Of a stretch of 64,000 nt of DNA, positions 13,850 to 26,539 are shown piece by piece. The notes beneath the pieces were generated by a model, which made no database searches, was not told the origin of the DNA, and worked only from the letters and a program-made list of their open reading frames with translations. This DNA is from Takakia lepidozioides (lineage: Eukaryota > Plantae > Bryophyta). Position numbers and translations under genes: made by a program. Location of the stretch: the NCBI GenBank assembly GCA_030704615.1, contig CM060734.1, positions 36,208,001 to 36,272,000 of the forward strand. The letters are read 5' to 3'. Numbering within the stretch: position 1 is the first letter of the stretch; each line of letters opens with the position of its first letter.

Positions 13850-16800
13850 ATGGGGGGGCTCAAGGGAACTGCGCAGGGAGTTGTATTCTTACTTCTAATT
13901 TTCCAATGTGTTGTTGCTCTGGGGATGCAAACTTCTACACTTGATGCTCCCAGGCGAGGCCTTCTTCACCCGGGAGCCAACAATCAGAAGCATGATACCA
14001 ACAGCCGTCAGGCAAGCTTTCCCCAACCACAATTGTTCATTTCTGTGGAACTTCCGGTTCCAGACTCGAACCTGTTCACTATATGGCACGGATGTGCGTC
14101 AATTTTCATCTAGGATCCAACGGTGTAAATATGTATATTCATGTACAACTGGTTGCTAATTCCTCTTTTCTGAGGTGATCTAGTGCTGGGAAGAGTCAGC
14201 TGAAGTTGTAATTTCTTTAATTGAGGTGTTCGGTGTTCTCATGTTTCCAACGATGTAGAGCAATTCTGAAACTGTATGTACACCATAATCTCACGAGTCT
14301 GCCAGTGTTTTAAACTTAGGACTTCTTTAGTCGGCTGGAAAGGAAATCAAGCAAACATATGCAAGATCTGTATTTCTGACATCTGCACATCCAGAATTGT
14401 GTCAATAACGACTCGTATCAGCTGGCACGGTTCCAAAGGGCGGAGGCTGTGTACATAAAGATCTAGACTACCAAACTTCCTGGGAGAGAAAAGCTGTATC
14501 GAAATGAGTCCTACAGACTGCGGGAAAATTCAAGAAACAATGTCCAGAACCCGACCTTCCAGATGGGTGTTCCTCTTTTCATGGTCCTCTTACCCCCGTA
14601 ATCTCCTGGATTGTGAGCAAATAATGGAGACCAGTGACAATTACTTGTTCGTGTGAACCAGATTCAGTTGACTAGTCTGACTGCCTCTTGATTGTGGTGA
14701 CAGGCGATTAGGGTGGAGCTCATGCACAGAGATCACCCATCGTCGCCCCTTAGCCCTTCAAGCCCCAGAACATTCACCGAACGGTTTGGTGAGGCTGTGA
14801 AGAGAAGTCGTGCACGCAGGGATCATATTGCACGTAATATGAAAGCTTCTGGGACGTCTGCCGCCTACTCGAGCCCCGTATCATTCGGTAATGGAGAGTA
14901 CCTGATGGAAATTTCACTGGGCACACCGGCACAGAAGTTTTCCGCAATTGTCGACACTGGAAGTGATTTGGTGTGGGTTCAGAGTTTGCCCTGCGCAGCA
15001 TGCTATACGCAGACTGGGCCCATGTTCGATCCAGCGAAGTCCCGAACTTACAGAGGAGTTTCCTGCAACAACAATTTGTGCCAGGTAGAACTACAAACAT
15101 TAATTTCTTGTTCTTCGAGCGGAATCTGACCTGTCAGGGCGTTAGTATTGATTTACGGGAAAAAAGGAAGGTGTGCGAACACCCAGCACTTTAAAGTCTA
15201 AGTCGAGTGAACTCGATTCTTTTCGCAATGTTCAGCATGGTCAAGTGATCGAGAGCATTCAGAAACGTCCCCTGCATTTGAGCCTGGGCACTGTGGACGC
15301 TTCTCCACCATCCATGCATAACTCATGGCAGGCTAAGTACTGCAATTTCTGGCCCCTCTATATCATATCTTTATTTGTCAGACCTTTGAAATGGTTTTTA
15401 GCCCTGTAGATTATGAGAGACCCAACATCCCCTGGGAACTCATTGATGTCTTGAGCCTCTAAACTTCTCTTGCTCTGAAAGCCCATTGAGCTTGACCAGC
15501 AAGTGAGCACTAATAGTGTTCTTCTAGGATTTGTGTGCATATTTGCTGCAAAGAGTAGTTACTATTGTGCCCTATCACCTTTCTTGCATCTTGCCCTCCA
15601 AGTCTTTCATTTGAAATCCAGTCCACGGACCCGTCTTTTTCTTTTTCTTCTTCTTTTGACCTCGCAAATTGTCCCAGCAATTACTGAAGATTTGTGTTCA
15701 GCCCCTCAGCAAATTGTAGGAAAAGGTCTACTGAACTCTGCAACGTGAACAACTGTTTGTCCCAGGCCCTGCCATCTCAAGTCTGCGCAAAGTCGGACTG
15801 CCAGTACCAGTATACATATGGAGATGAATCCACCACCAGCGGTGACTTTGCCTACGAGACGGTCACTTTCGGCGGAGCCGCTGGCATCCCTAATTTTGCC
15901 TTTGGTTCTGGACATACCAACCTGGGTACTTTTGCAGGTGCAGGTGGACTTGTGGGTCTGGGACAAGGCCCCATTTCTCTTCCTTCTCAGCTCAGCTCTA
16001 CTGTGCCCAACAAATTCTCCTACTGCTTAGTTAGCTTGAAAAGTTCAGTAACTACGACCAGTCCCATGTTCATCGGAGATGCGTCATATGGCGGCGCAGG
16101 CTTCACATATACTCCCATCGTCTCCAACCCCATCAATCCGACATATTATTATGCGCATGTGACTGGCATTACTGTTGCTGGAAAAGCTCTGACTATTCCA
16201 GCAGGCACGTTTGATATTGATTCCTCAGGCACTGGGGGAGTTATCCTAGACTCCGGGACGACCATCACATACTTCAACTCGAATGCATATATGCCCATCT
16301 TATCGGTAAAGCACCTGGGATCTAAACATATCACTTCAATTTTTTAAATCTTGCATGACATAAAGTTTTAGTATGTACAGTCTTCAAGATTCTTTATGCA
16401 CTGGACTATACCTGTAGCCTGGGTTAATTTCTCAAAACTAGCTGTATGTACTGAACTCCAGCAACCTTTGCCTCACTATCTTAGTGCACGAAGGTAATGG
16501 GACGAAAGATTACTCAGGGACTGTGCACAGACTCACCTATGTTTTGTTCTGGTGCCAGGCCTTCATGTCAGCAGTCAAATACCCACCGGTTGATGGGTTT
16601 TTCTATGGACTGGACCTTTGCTTCGATGTCACTGGGGTTTCAAATCCGACGTTCCCTGACATGGTGGTGCACTTTACCAACGCCGACTTCGTCCTGACTG
16701 CTGAGAATAATTTTGTGTTTGTGGACACGACCAACACTGTTGTTTGCCTTGCTATGGGGAGCAGTTCGGAGTTCAGTATATTTGGTAACATCCAGCAGCA

Positions 16801-16873
16801 GGATCATGAGGTGGTATACGATAATGTGAATCGTCGGATTGGATTCAGGTCCGTGAGCTGTGATACTTTGTAA
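13850..16873 (+). CDS. Nepenthesin/CDR1-like (A1B) secreted aspartic protease, about 465 aa, 4 exons
   Basis: Exons 13850-14011 (signal-peptide-like MGGLKGTAQGVVFLLLIFQCVVALG), 14704-15084, 15766-16305 and 16559-16873, all phase-0 joins. Catalytic DTGS and DSGT motifs, GEYLM, C..C NAP insert, YGD, FSYCL and GNIQQQ motifs are present. Exon 1 depends on a GC donor and is less certain. Confidence 0.92.
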
Positions 16874-18925
16874 GTCGAGGACATGTCTGGCCAAGGAACC
16901 TAGGTCTGTTGGCCTGAAGCAGCTCCGTCCTCTGGGAAGCCCTGAATATATAAGTTGTACAGCCCCATCGGATCGAGCTCTGTCTCAAATTGTCCGGATC
17001 GCCGTGTTAAGAAACGGATGTTCCATATGGCCACAGACAAGATACCTATCTTCACATGGCGCACTTCTGATCTTTATCAAGAAAGATGTTCTTCTTCCAG
17101 CCGTTAAGACCTAACAACGGGATCTTGAACATCGTTTGAAGCTCGGACCGGGCTCTTATATTGTAAAGCGTCGTTGGCCCTTAGCTTCAATGCCTTCCAG
17201 TACACTTATCCTCCGCTCACTGGGCCATCTGGAATCCTGTGTAAGATATCATGAATATTAGCGCCAGTAGATCATGAAATGCAACACAGATTACAAAAAC
17301 TTGAAGTTGCGAATTGCGAGCATAAAGTTTGGACCAGTGAGGTATCCAAATTGAAGGGCGCCTACAGTTCAGAATTAGTCAGTGCATTTGTACAATTAAT
17401 TATTCACTGTGTAAAGTATGACTTGGGGCCTTTCAAATCTCGCAGCTGGTCACGAGTATTTGACATAATTTGTTGCGAGCAGTCTCATGTACAGTCGTCC
17501 TGCCTCATCCACTTGTACATTGCAAGTCTCAAATTGTAAAGTTTAAACATGTCATGAACGAGAAACTTATCTCGGGAACCGGATTATCTCAAGGATAGCG
17601 CAATCTCAAAGACATGCTGGGCCTTAGGGACTCAACAATTGTTGGGCTTGTGGTTTTCTCGACAAACATCGAAAGCATCGGAAATCATTCCCAAACAAAG
17701 CGAGTTTTTGGCAGCTGGAAAGTAGCGCCACATGTAGATCCACCAGCACACGGCAACCACAACTTGTAGTGGGAGCTCACGGTTAAGTGGACAAAGCAGC
17801 GTCTGTGCAGTCGTCACTGAGGGCCCACCCTAGGCTGCTGTCCTCATGCTTGGAATCAGTACCTTATGTAAGCCTTTTTTTTACGCTGTCACAGCTCTCT
17901 GTGGGGTCTCAGAGAGTTCAGTTTTGAAGGGTACCTTAGACTTGCATTTGCAAGTTTTCTAAAAATTATGCCCTTCACGTTGAAGGGCTGTGATTTTGAC
18001 AGCCCTTCATATTTTTTAGACGCTATTCAACAAGCATGCATGTAACATAAAAATGATTTTTCTGTACAATACACATGAAATGAAAGTCAGTCATATAGAC
18101 AGAGAGACTCTTTGCTCCATTTTAGCATGCATGCTACAAAAGTTGGAGCACTACATGTCAAACGCTATATGCCCTGGTTACAGGGGCGACGTTAATTTTT
18201 GCACGGACTGGTTAGTTGAAACTCCACATTTGGGAGACACGGCAGAGATAGCCCTGGGGCAGGGGGCCTCCATCACGATCTGGGCGCGTTGACCAAGGAC
18301 ATCATATCGCATTAACTCCCAAATAACTCACAAGTTTAATGTGGCGTGGTTGGCTGGTCTCGGTATAATTGGCAAAAGTGGCGGGCAGTAAGGTGAGCAG
18401 GTTGCAAATCCGGGTTGAGCCAACCATGGAGCACTTTTTTGGATCCCGGGCCGGTAGATTGCCGTTTTGGGGCAAGTACTGTGGCACAACTGTGGAGATG
18501 CTCTAACCATTGCTAGTAGTGGCTAATTAGCCACCACTGCGGCGGGGGCCTTAGGGAATCATATCCATTGACTTCCATGAGAATGTCAAAAACAATAATT
18601 ATTAATAATGTTTTGTGAAACATTTCAGACCTACACACCAAAAGACCAACTTGGAGCCTACCACAGAGTCCCATCATCCATAAATATAGGATACCAATAC
18701 CTGGACAAGGTAGGTAGTAAAATATGCGGAGCCCCTTTGCTACTCTGGACATCAAGCAAAGAGCCAATATTGGACGTTGTGAAGGAGATGTGCTCATTTC
18801 CCATCACAATTTCCAGCTCTTGTCGGCCTATTCTATCAAGGCACGAACCCTTCATTATTAAGCACTTGCACCTTGATTTTTGAACCCCCGACTCTTGAGG
18901 CTTGAACCCTTCATTATTAAACTTA

Positions 18926-20657
18926 GGCCCCGGCCGCACCTGCCAATTAGTACATCAATCAAGTTAGGTAATTGACATTAGCGGCAGGGAGATGGCCGCA
19001 CATGCCGATTAAGAAGCCGGTTAGATAACCGGCCGATTAACAGCTGTTAAACGTTGTAACGGGGAGAGGGCGAGATTTAACACCTCTTCCATGGAGGTGT
19101 TAAATCTCGGTCAACAATTAAAAATCGGGTAGTGGCGGAGAGGTTTTGCAGGTGCTAGACGCTCGCGATGGCGGGAGAGTAGAAAGGTTCTTGTAAGGCA
19201 GGCGCTCGCGATGGCATAGAGTGCAGAGGGGAGAGTGGGGAGGTTCTTGCAGGGCAGGCGCTCACGATGGCATAGAGTGCAGAGGGGAGAGGCTCTTGCA
19301 GGCAGTGTCTGTCTCAATTTTTTTTATCCAGAGATTGCAAGGGAGAGTGTAGGAGAGAGTGTAGCATGTCTTCCACAGACACCACAGGCGCCACAGGCAG
19401 TGGTGATGGCTTAGGGCTGGTTATGAACTCACCAAACTTGACCTGTATTAACATAGTTGGAAGCTGGTTAGAATTCAGTGACCATCATGATATAGAATGT
19501 TGTAAAGCATGTCTGGTTATAGGTTTGATGAAAAGCTAGTGTGCTCATTCACCATTCCCTGGAAACACCGCCTACTACGTAAGATTATGGGCTAAGTGTG
19601 GGTTGCACATGGTTCCTTGCACCAAGCTGAGGCCGATCCGATTAGGAAAACTGAGGATCTGTTGTGCAGGCTTGTATATACAAGAACAGTAATTCAGATT
19701 CAGACAAGTGAAAACAATAATTCAACGAACAGTAAATCATTTGTCTAATTAATTACCTCTTGCGCTTACTACAATCAGAGGGCAAGAGAGACATCTCACC
19801 TAAAAAGTTGATGAGCAGTTGCTGGTGCAGTGGATGTTTTGCTAGTACCAAGAGCCCATAAAACAGTAGGTGTGGTAACTGCATGCATTTCCCCATTACC
19901 CAACTCAGTATTCTCCCTCCTTGTCAAGCCCCCTCAAATTCCACAAGCCAGACCATAAAATTAGCTTCAAGCAGGAGCATTCACATTGTGATTATCACAA
20001 CAACTTCATTAATGTAAAGGAGAAACGCACATTTCCAGTTTCCAGCATGTTAGTGAGAGTCCGCACAACCTCCTCTTGATGTGCACGTCCTTTACCTGCC
20101 TGGGCCGACTGCCATGACATCCAACCCCCTAAACTTAAGCTACTTCTTGCTCAAGTTTATTCGATTTGATGCGACTTGATTCAAGCTGCTGCACATATGC
20201 CTGTACCACACAACCAACCACCCTTCACTCTCAGCTAAAGACCTATATATGTTCACGGCATTCGGTGTCTACTTGTGCCACAGACTTGAAACTGAAGCAT
20301 ACAACACGCCTTTGATCCAAGAGAAAACCACATTTTTCCTGAGCGGGGAAGCTTCGTAACTCATGTGGAAAAAAAAAAACACCATTTTGGAATGCAGTTG
20401 TGCGACGCAGTGAAAAGCGTCTATGCCGGTGACCAAGTAGAGAAGTACTAGTGAAGAACCAAGATTGCAGGGATTGCAGGGACGACCGTGGAGGCTATAG
20501 GCAGGAAAGAAAACCGGGCAGCAGCACGGTTTGTTAACCGCGACTTGCCTAGTTGACTAGATGGCAGGTGCGGCCGGGTCCTTAATTAACTATCGGGCCG
20601 GTCACTTAACTGTCCGGTTAGCTGTCGGTTAGCTAACCGGCAGGTGCGGCCGGGGCC
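18926..20657. mobile_element. Non-autonomous PIF/Harbinger DNA transposon (1.73 kb)
   Basis: Perfect 19-bp TIR GGCCCCGGCCGCACCTGCC (18926-18944 / 20639-20657). TTA target duplication at 18923-18925 and 20658-20660. No transposase ORF. Confidence 0.92.
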
Positions 20658-21440
20658 TTAGACTTTCATTGCAAGTTTTTTTTTTTTTTAGCCCTTCATG
20701 ATGAAAGATTCAGATTTTATCTGGCCTTTCTTTTTAAGGGCTTTTTGCCCTTCATATGGAGCATTTTTGCAAGTTGAAGGGCATTGCAGTCTTCAAAAAT
20801 AGACACTGGACCGACTCTCTGAGCCTTATGATCTATAGATCATGGAATGTCTCAAATGAAAATGACTGCACAATGCCCCGAGGCACATGGGCAACAGCAT
20901 GAGAACAGTGCCCGATATGTATCTTGAAAGCCCTCTAAACGGGCAAAGTTAGGGACCGGTGAGAACTTCACGAGGATGATTACACTAAACTGAGATGAGT
21001 GGAGCATGTATGTATGGTAACCATTTCCAAACCCTAAGTCCCAGAAATTGTTGCAAAGGCCAGATTTCAAAATCTCGTTTGCTGACTTGAGTGTGAGATC
21101 CTATGCACAATCTGGAGGCGAAAGCATAGGATCGTCCTTTTCATCCTCTTAAGACTTCAAGGATTACTACCCCACATAGGACTTCTCACAAAAGTGTGAA
21201 ATGATTTATACATAAATATGTCAGAGTGCACACCGTCGTAAGGGGCAATAGCCACAAGACAAACTGGCTCTTGGTTACGCATGCTTTGGTGGGAGTCTTC
21301 TTCTTCTTATGTCAGAGTGCATTGCCAACCCTGCATGGCTGATAAGTCCTGCTGTTTCAATCTTATTCGCAAAGATGTTGGTTCTGCGTGAATTCTCATT
21401 ATCACGTCTGCACCTGTCTCCCCTTATTTAATCAGCTTAC

Positions 21441-21743
21441 TGTTGCTATTAATTAACATATTAATGTTTGCATTTGCTTTTAAGAACTTAGGGCCCTACG
21501 TGTGCAAAGCCCCCTAGGTACTAATTTAATAAATAGTTAGTTAGTAAGTAGGAAGAGACCCTGCTCTCCTTCTTTATATACCCTCTCAGGGCGGTGGGAC
21601 CTTCTAGAAGCCACCCCTAGCAGTGGACCCTTCTAGAAGGGTGGGACACATGTTAGACCCTAATCAGGCCTACTCCCACCACTTGACAACTGTACCCTAA
21701 CTAGGCAAATTGGCCTTAACCATCCCTTATTTAATAGGTATCA
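21441..21743 (-). mobile_element. Possible solo LTR (~300 bp)
   Basis: TG...CA ends (TGTTG...TATCA), a TATATAAAG box on the minus strand and internal duplicated GGACC(C)TTCTAGAAG. The 5-bp flanks (CTTAC/CCTTC) match only partially. Confidence 0.35.
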
Positions 21744-22275
21744 CCTTCTTGCCTTCTTTTTTTGGACCCCTTCATTTCTTGAAATCCCTCTACATTCTAG
21801 TGATGAGCTTCACCTCTCTTGAGTGGGATGGTGTTGGTTGGGATTGTGGGAAGGTGGTTGTGATAAATCTGTGAGTGAATTGTCAATCAGCTGGAGGACT
21901 CTGGTTGCCAGGCACAAAAACATGCATATTATGTAGTACTATTCCTAAGGCCACAATGAGAGCGCTAGAAAACCATCAAGGCCACCACGAGGAATATGGA
22001 GAATCTCATCAAGTATTAAGCAGCAGGCAACAAGGTCCAATTACAAGATGTGTAGGGTACAACAATGGCTTCGCCTGTACTCAACTACACATACTAATGG
22101 AGCTTTCTCCTTCAAGTTCTGAAATTGGTTTGGTAGTAATCGTCAATTTGAAGAAGCTGTAATGATCATTTCAATCTAGCATGTCCTCAGAAAATAGTTT
22201 GTAACAACGTCTGAGAAATAATCAACTGGACATGCATGTTTGGTTCAAAGTTCGAAATTGTCATGCCGCATCAAT

Positions 22276-22425
22276 CTAAGACATCACTTCAAGAGCTTCT
22301 CTTGTTTTCCCCAGCACGTTCAATGCAGTGGCTGCAACATGGGCGGGTGTCAATACTGCTTCAGCTAACTGGTCTTTAGGTGCACCATGGTCGATGTAGC
22401 AGTCCGGAAGTACTAATGGTCTCCA
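22276..22425 (-). pseudogene. DXS: Isolated terminal exon of 1-deoxy-D-xylulose-5-phosphate synthase
   Basis: After a CAG acceptor, the minus strand reads [49 protein letters not shown], the characteristic plant DXS C-terminus. No upstream DXS exons are found in the window. Confidence 0.85.
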
Positions 22426-22491
22426 CTGCTCCTCGGCCAGTCACACTGGCTTCTATCTTTCACTACTATACAATGGCAGAGCATGAATGAG

Positions 22492-22718
22492 CTAATGATT
22501 GAAATTCACCATATGTAGGCCGTTGCCATATATATCATAGAAGGCCATGTGGAAACAGCTGGGTGTGATGGAAACAGCTGCAAAGCCCTGGCCATCATAA
22601 TAGAACACAAGCCCATGATCCTTTCCTGCATTTGCGGTGGGGGGGGGTGGTGCGTGGGGGGGTGCTGATGCCCTTCCAAGCCTTGGATCCTCCTCCACTT
22701 GTTGGGAAATGCAATGGG
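22492..22718 (-). pseudogene. Isolated terminal exon of a low-molecular-weight purple acid phosphatase (PAP3/PAP17 type), frameshifted
   Basis: After a CAG acceptor: PLHFPTSGGGSKAWKG, then a frameshift in the poly-C tract, then FYYDGQGFAAVSITPSCFHMAFYDIYGNGLH*. Confidence 0.8.
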
Positions 22719-22889
22719 CTGCCACAACAGATTCCAAGTCAGTTAGATTCCTATACTGATTGAGAAAGAAATGAAATGAATTTTATAACATCTCGGAAAC
22801 TCAAAGAGTGGGAGAAAAGAAGAGATATGCAGGTAGGCTACCAGGCATCTCTGGTCCTCATCATGAAAAATATGTCATGGATTGGGAGA

Positions 22890-23110
22890 AGGAGAGACTG
22901 AACTCATAAGACGTTGTTTGTTGTAGCCTTGTGGCCATTGATGCCGTGCCCAGTTTGAGCGGAACACAAAGGGAAAGAAACTACCTTTGTCAGGGGCTGA
23001 CGCCAGTAGTATGACATGCCTTGGAACAGACAATCGATCCGAGTTTTCCAGATATCGTTTAGAAATCCCTTTACACAAGCATCAATCTACTGTGTGTGAT
23101 GTGCCCTACC
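22890..23110 (-). mobile_element. LINE 3'-end fragment; inverted copy of 25670-25860
   Basis: The reverse complement matches CACACAGCAGATTGATGCTTGTGT...CTGACGTCAGCCCCTGACA...TTCCGCTCAAACTGGGCACGGCA...CAAACAACGTCTTATGAGT. Confidence 0.75.
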
Positions 23111-23286
23111 TATAACCAGGAGAAGTGCCCATTCTGAGCAAGTTTGAATCAAGAACGCACAACTGAAAAACTTCATTATTTTACTTGAAGATAGCTCAAC
23201 TGTCCGGCTCTTCATACTGGTGGATTGGATAGATGTAAAGCTTCTCCAGCTCATGGCAAGCAACGCAAATTTGAATGTTGCTCAAT

Positions 23287-25014
23287 TCACCAGTAATCCC
23301 TGCAAGAACAAACCCCGTCTTGGAAGTGGTGAAAGCGGTTGGCATCCCATAGATAAACTTGATGTGGCAGTCACTAGACACTAAGCTTCTTGATAATTCG
23401 GATAGGAGTCCAAGGGGATGTGCTGATGAGACCAAAACCAATTGCCAGCTTCTCACTGTGGTGGCAAAGAGAAAATCCCTTTGCTTCTCCTCCACATCAT
23501 GCAATACGAAGTGAGTGTCAGGCATGTACCCGGCCTCCTTCATATGCCCATACAAGCTCTCCAGCACAGCACGAATGTCCTCTCTGTGGATGTGATGTGT
23601 CATCTACAACAAACGTATGGACTTGATTGTCAACCTCAATGCAAGAGCCACCTGGCTTCGTTCTGATCCTTCTCTTCTTCATCATGTTCCTAACCCTTGC
23701 AGCATCCTCCCATCTGCCAGCCGCCGCATAGATGTTTGATAGCAGCACATAAGTAGCAGCATGCTGAGACTCCCACTTGAGAAGCCATTTTGCTGCATGT
23801 TCTGCCAGCTTTACATTGCCATGTCTGCAGGCCCAGGCCCCCCACACTGCCGCACCTGGTTCAATTGGCATTCTATTGAGGAAGTCTTCTGCCTCATCCA
23901 AGTGACTTGCGCGGCCAAGAAGGTCCACTAGGCAGCCAAAATGCTCTACTGTAGGAGTGAGACAGGTGACACTGTCCGGCTTCAAGCCGTTCTTTTGCAT
24001 TCCTTCAAATAGTTGCAGGACCTCCCTATGACAACCATGCTGTGCATATCCTGAAATCATCGCACTACACGACACCAAATCTCGTTCAGCCATCCTGTCG
24101 AACACTTCCTTCGCATCCTCCATGCACCCACATTTAGCAAGGTCCACGAGGGCATTTTGTTCAGAATGACACCGGGTACAAATCCAGCTCTGATGATGTT
24201 GCCATGGACCTCTTTGCCCTTTTCCAGAGCTGCTAGGCTTGCACACGCATTGCAAACACACACAAACGTGATGTGGTTGGGCTTCACCCCTTCCTCATCA
24301 TTTGCTCATAGGTCTCCAAAGCCTCCACCCCACGTCCCTGCTGTGCATACCCTGCAATCATTGCGTTCCACGACACCACATTTCGTTCAGCCATATTGTT
24401 GAACACTGCCTTTGCATCCTTAATGCACCCACATTTGGCATACATGTCCACTAGGGCAGAGTTCAGAAGGACATCTGGTACAATTCCAGCTTTGACGATG
24501 TCACCATGGACCTCTTTCCCCTTTTCCAGGGATCCCAGGCTTGTACACACATTGCAAACACAAACAAACGTGATGTGGTTGGGCTTCACCCCTTCGCGCA
24601 TCATTTGCTCATAGTTCTCCAAAGCATCCCATGCTTGGTAAATCCTGCCAACATTATATTCCACGTGATCAAAGATCGTTGAGGCATTCTGTTGAACACT
24701 TGGTGAGCATCCATGATGCTCCCGCACTTAACATACATGTTGACGAGGGTGTTGAGTAGAAAAACATTTGGCGTGAATCCACTTTGGATTATGTGAGTGC
24801 GCACCTGCTTTCCAGCTTCCAGGCCTTTCATCTTGATGCACTTATGCAAGAGACAGACATACGTATCTGAATCTGCTGAAATGCCTCCTTGGTTTAAAGT
24901 CTGTAGAGCCTCTTTCAATCTGCCTGCCTCACAAAGCATCTTCACATGCCCAGAAGTGCCAGAAGAGGCATTGTGGACTCCCTCTCTTGATCCTCTTCCA
25001 GAAGCTGTGGTCAT
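23287..25014 (-). pseudogene. PLS-class PPR-E/E+/DYW RNA-editing factor pseudogene
   Basis: PPR motifs (NSALVDMYAKCG, NVVSWNAMIAGYAQ), E domain (AATYVLLSNIYAAAGRW), PG box, CHHSEKLA and terminal NRFHHFQDGVCSCRDYW* (stop 23287-23289). It is split over at least 5 frames, with internal deletions and a damaged CxxC region. Confidence 0.93.
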
Positions 25015-25339
25015 GGTTGAGGTGCCTTATTTTATCAGCTGTGCCGCTGCAGCTGCTGCCTTTAGTTGACCATCTACCCATGCAGGTTTCTTGTAGCTAT
25101 CGATCCACAGGGAATCATAGGTAATCTTGTGCTTGGGTGAATCTGGACCCACATTCTATCCCTGCTCCTTCAGCTATCCATGCTCTGCACAAATCATGCA
25201 TACATCCTTGCCTTGCTGCTAGCAGCTGACAATGACAGCCTAGATTTGTTCTAGCAAACACCGCAACCCTAATTATCACACTAGTTCCTATGCTGACTTG
25301 CGCTTCCAACAGGCATTCACCTTTTTGCCTCAATTGTTC

Positions 25340-25860
25340 CACCCTTGACTGCGGTCAGAAACATCTTCATTTCAGAGCTTCTCCTCATCTCTGTTATCTG
25401 CTTTTCTATCTGCTTTTGAAATTTAAACTCAGGGCAGGAAGCCTACCTTTGAACAGTAAACAGAAGCAGAGAGGAAAGGGAGAGTGCAATTGCCCGCTTG
25501 TGGGCAACCCGAAGACAATATTCATTTCCTGATTCACTGCCCGGGGTACTCTCACCAGAGAGGCGCTCTCCTGAAATCTATCAAGGGAATTGTGCCTGTA
25601 CCTATGTTTACCAACTTTGTAAGTCTCGAGGCTGAGCCAAAAGCCCAGGCCCTTCTGGGGCCTAGTACTGGGCAAACCACACACAGCAGATTGATGCTTG
25701 TGTGAAGGGATTTCTAGAGGATATCTGGAAAACCCGGATCAATGTTCTTTACCAAGGTAAGTCTTACTACTGACGTCAGCCCCTGACAGAGGTAGGTTCT
25801 GTCCCTTTGTGTTCCGCTCAAACTGGGCACGGCAAACAACGTCTTATGAGTACATTCTGT
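25340..25860 (+). mobile_element. LINE C-terminal zinc-finger (zf-RVT-like) and 3' end fragment
   Basis: KLRAGSLPLN...C(P)ACGQPEDNIHFLIHCP...FLEDIWKTR, followed by the dispersed 3' motif also seen at 6636, 22890, 31261 and 31987. Confidence 0.7.
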
Positions 25861-26024
25861 TATCTGCTTTTCGATACTTTCCTGTTGCCACATTGGCAAT
25901 AACACGTCAAAATCCATCATAGATCCACCAACGAGCTAACTTGCAGAATTTAACCTGAAAATTTAGGGACGACTCTGATAACAGGGAAAATCACGCTGAA
26001 ATGTGTTGGAGAAGGTGCCTTCAT

Positions 26025-26222
26025 TATGCCCACATTGCCACCAATATCCTTTGAAGTGCCCAGGCCATCAATCATTTCTTGATTGTAGCCCAATGTATGC
26101 TTGAGATCAGCAGAGTAGAGAGAAAATACATATGAAATTCCACCGCAGGCTTGCATCCACATGCCAAGACACAACCCTAACCACTTGTCGTTCAGAAATT
26201 TCTTTACCCTCAACCCCCTCAT
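26025..26222 (-). pseudogene. N-terminal fragment of a nodulin-like/NFD4-type MFS transporter
   Basis: KWLGLCLGMWMQACGGISYVFSLYSADLKHTLGYNQEMIDGLGTSKDIGGNVGI. Similarity stops abruptly and no further exons are seen. Confidence 0.85.
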
Positions 26223-26539
26223 TTCTCAAATAGGCTATCACCCACTACGACTTGATTGTCAGGTCTCTGGCATCATCTGTAAATAGAATGCTGACCGTGC
26301 GCATACCCCTAGCTCATTTTATCCTTCATCCAGTGAACACCATCAGCAAATCTTTTTGCCTTTCAGAGGTTGATTGGGTGTCTTCTTTGCTTGTCAAGGC
26401 CCATTGGGTGTCTTCATTTGCTTGTTACCATTATTTCTTGGCATGCCATTTGGAAATCAGCTGAGCAGCTATAAGATTTATCAAAAGCCTAGTATACCAA
26501 CACGAAACCGGCTTTTCTTCCTGAGAACAAAAGAAAGCT

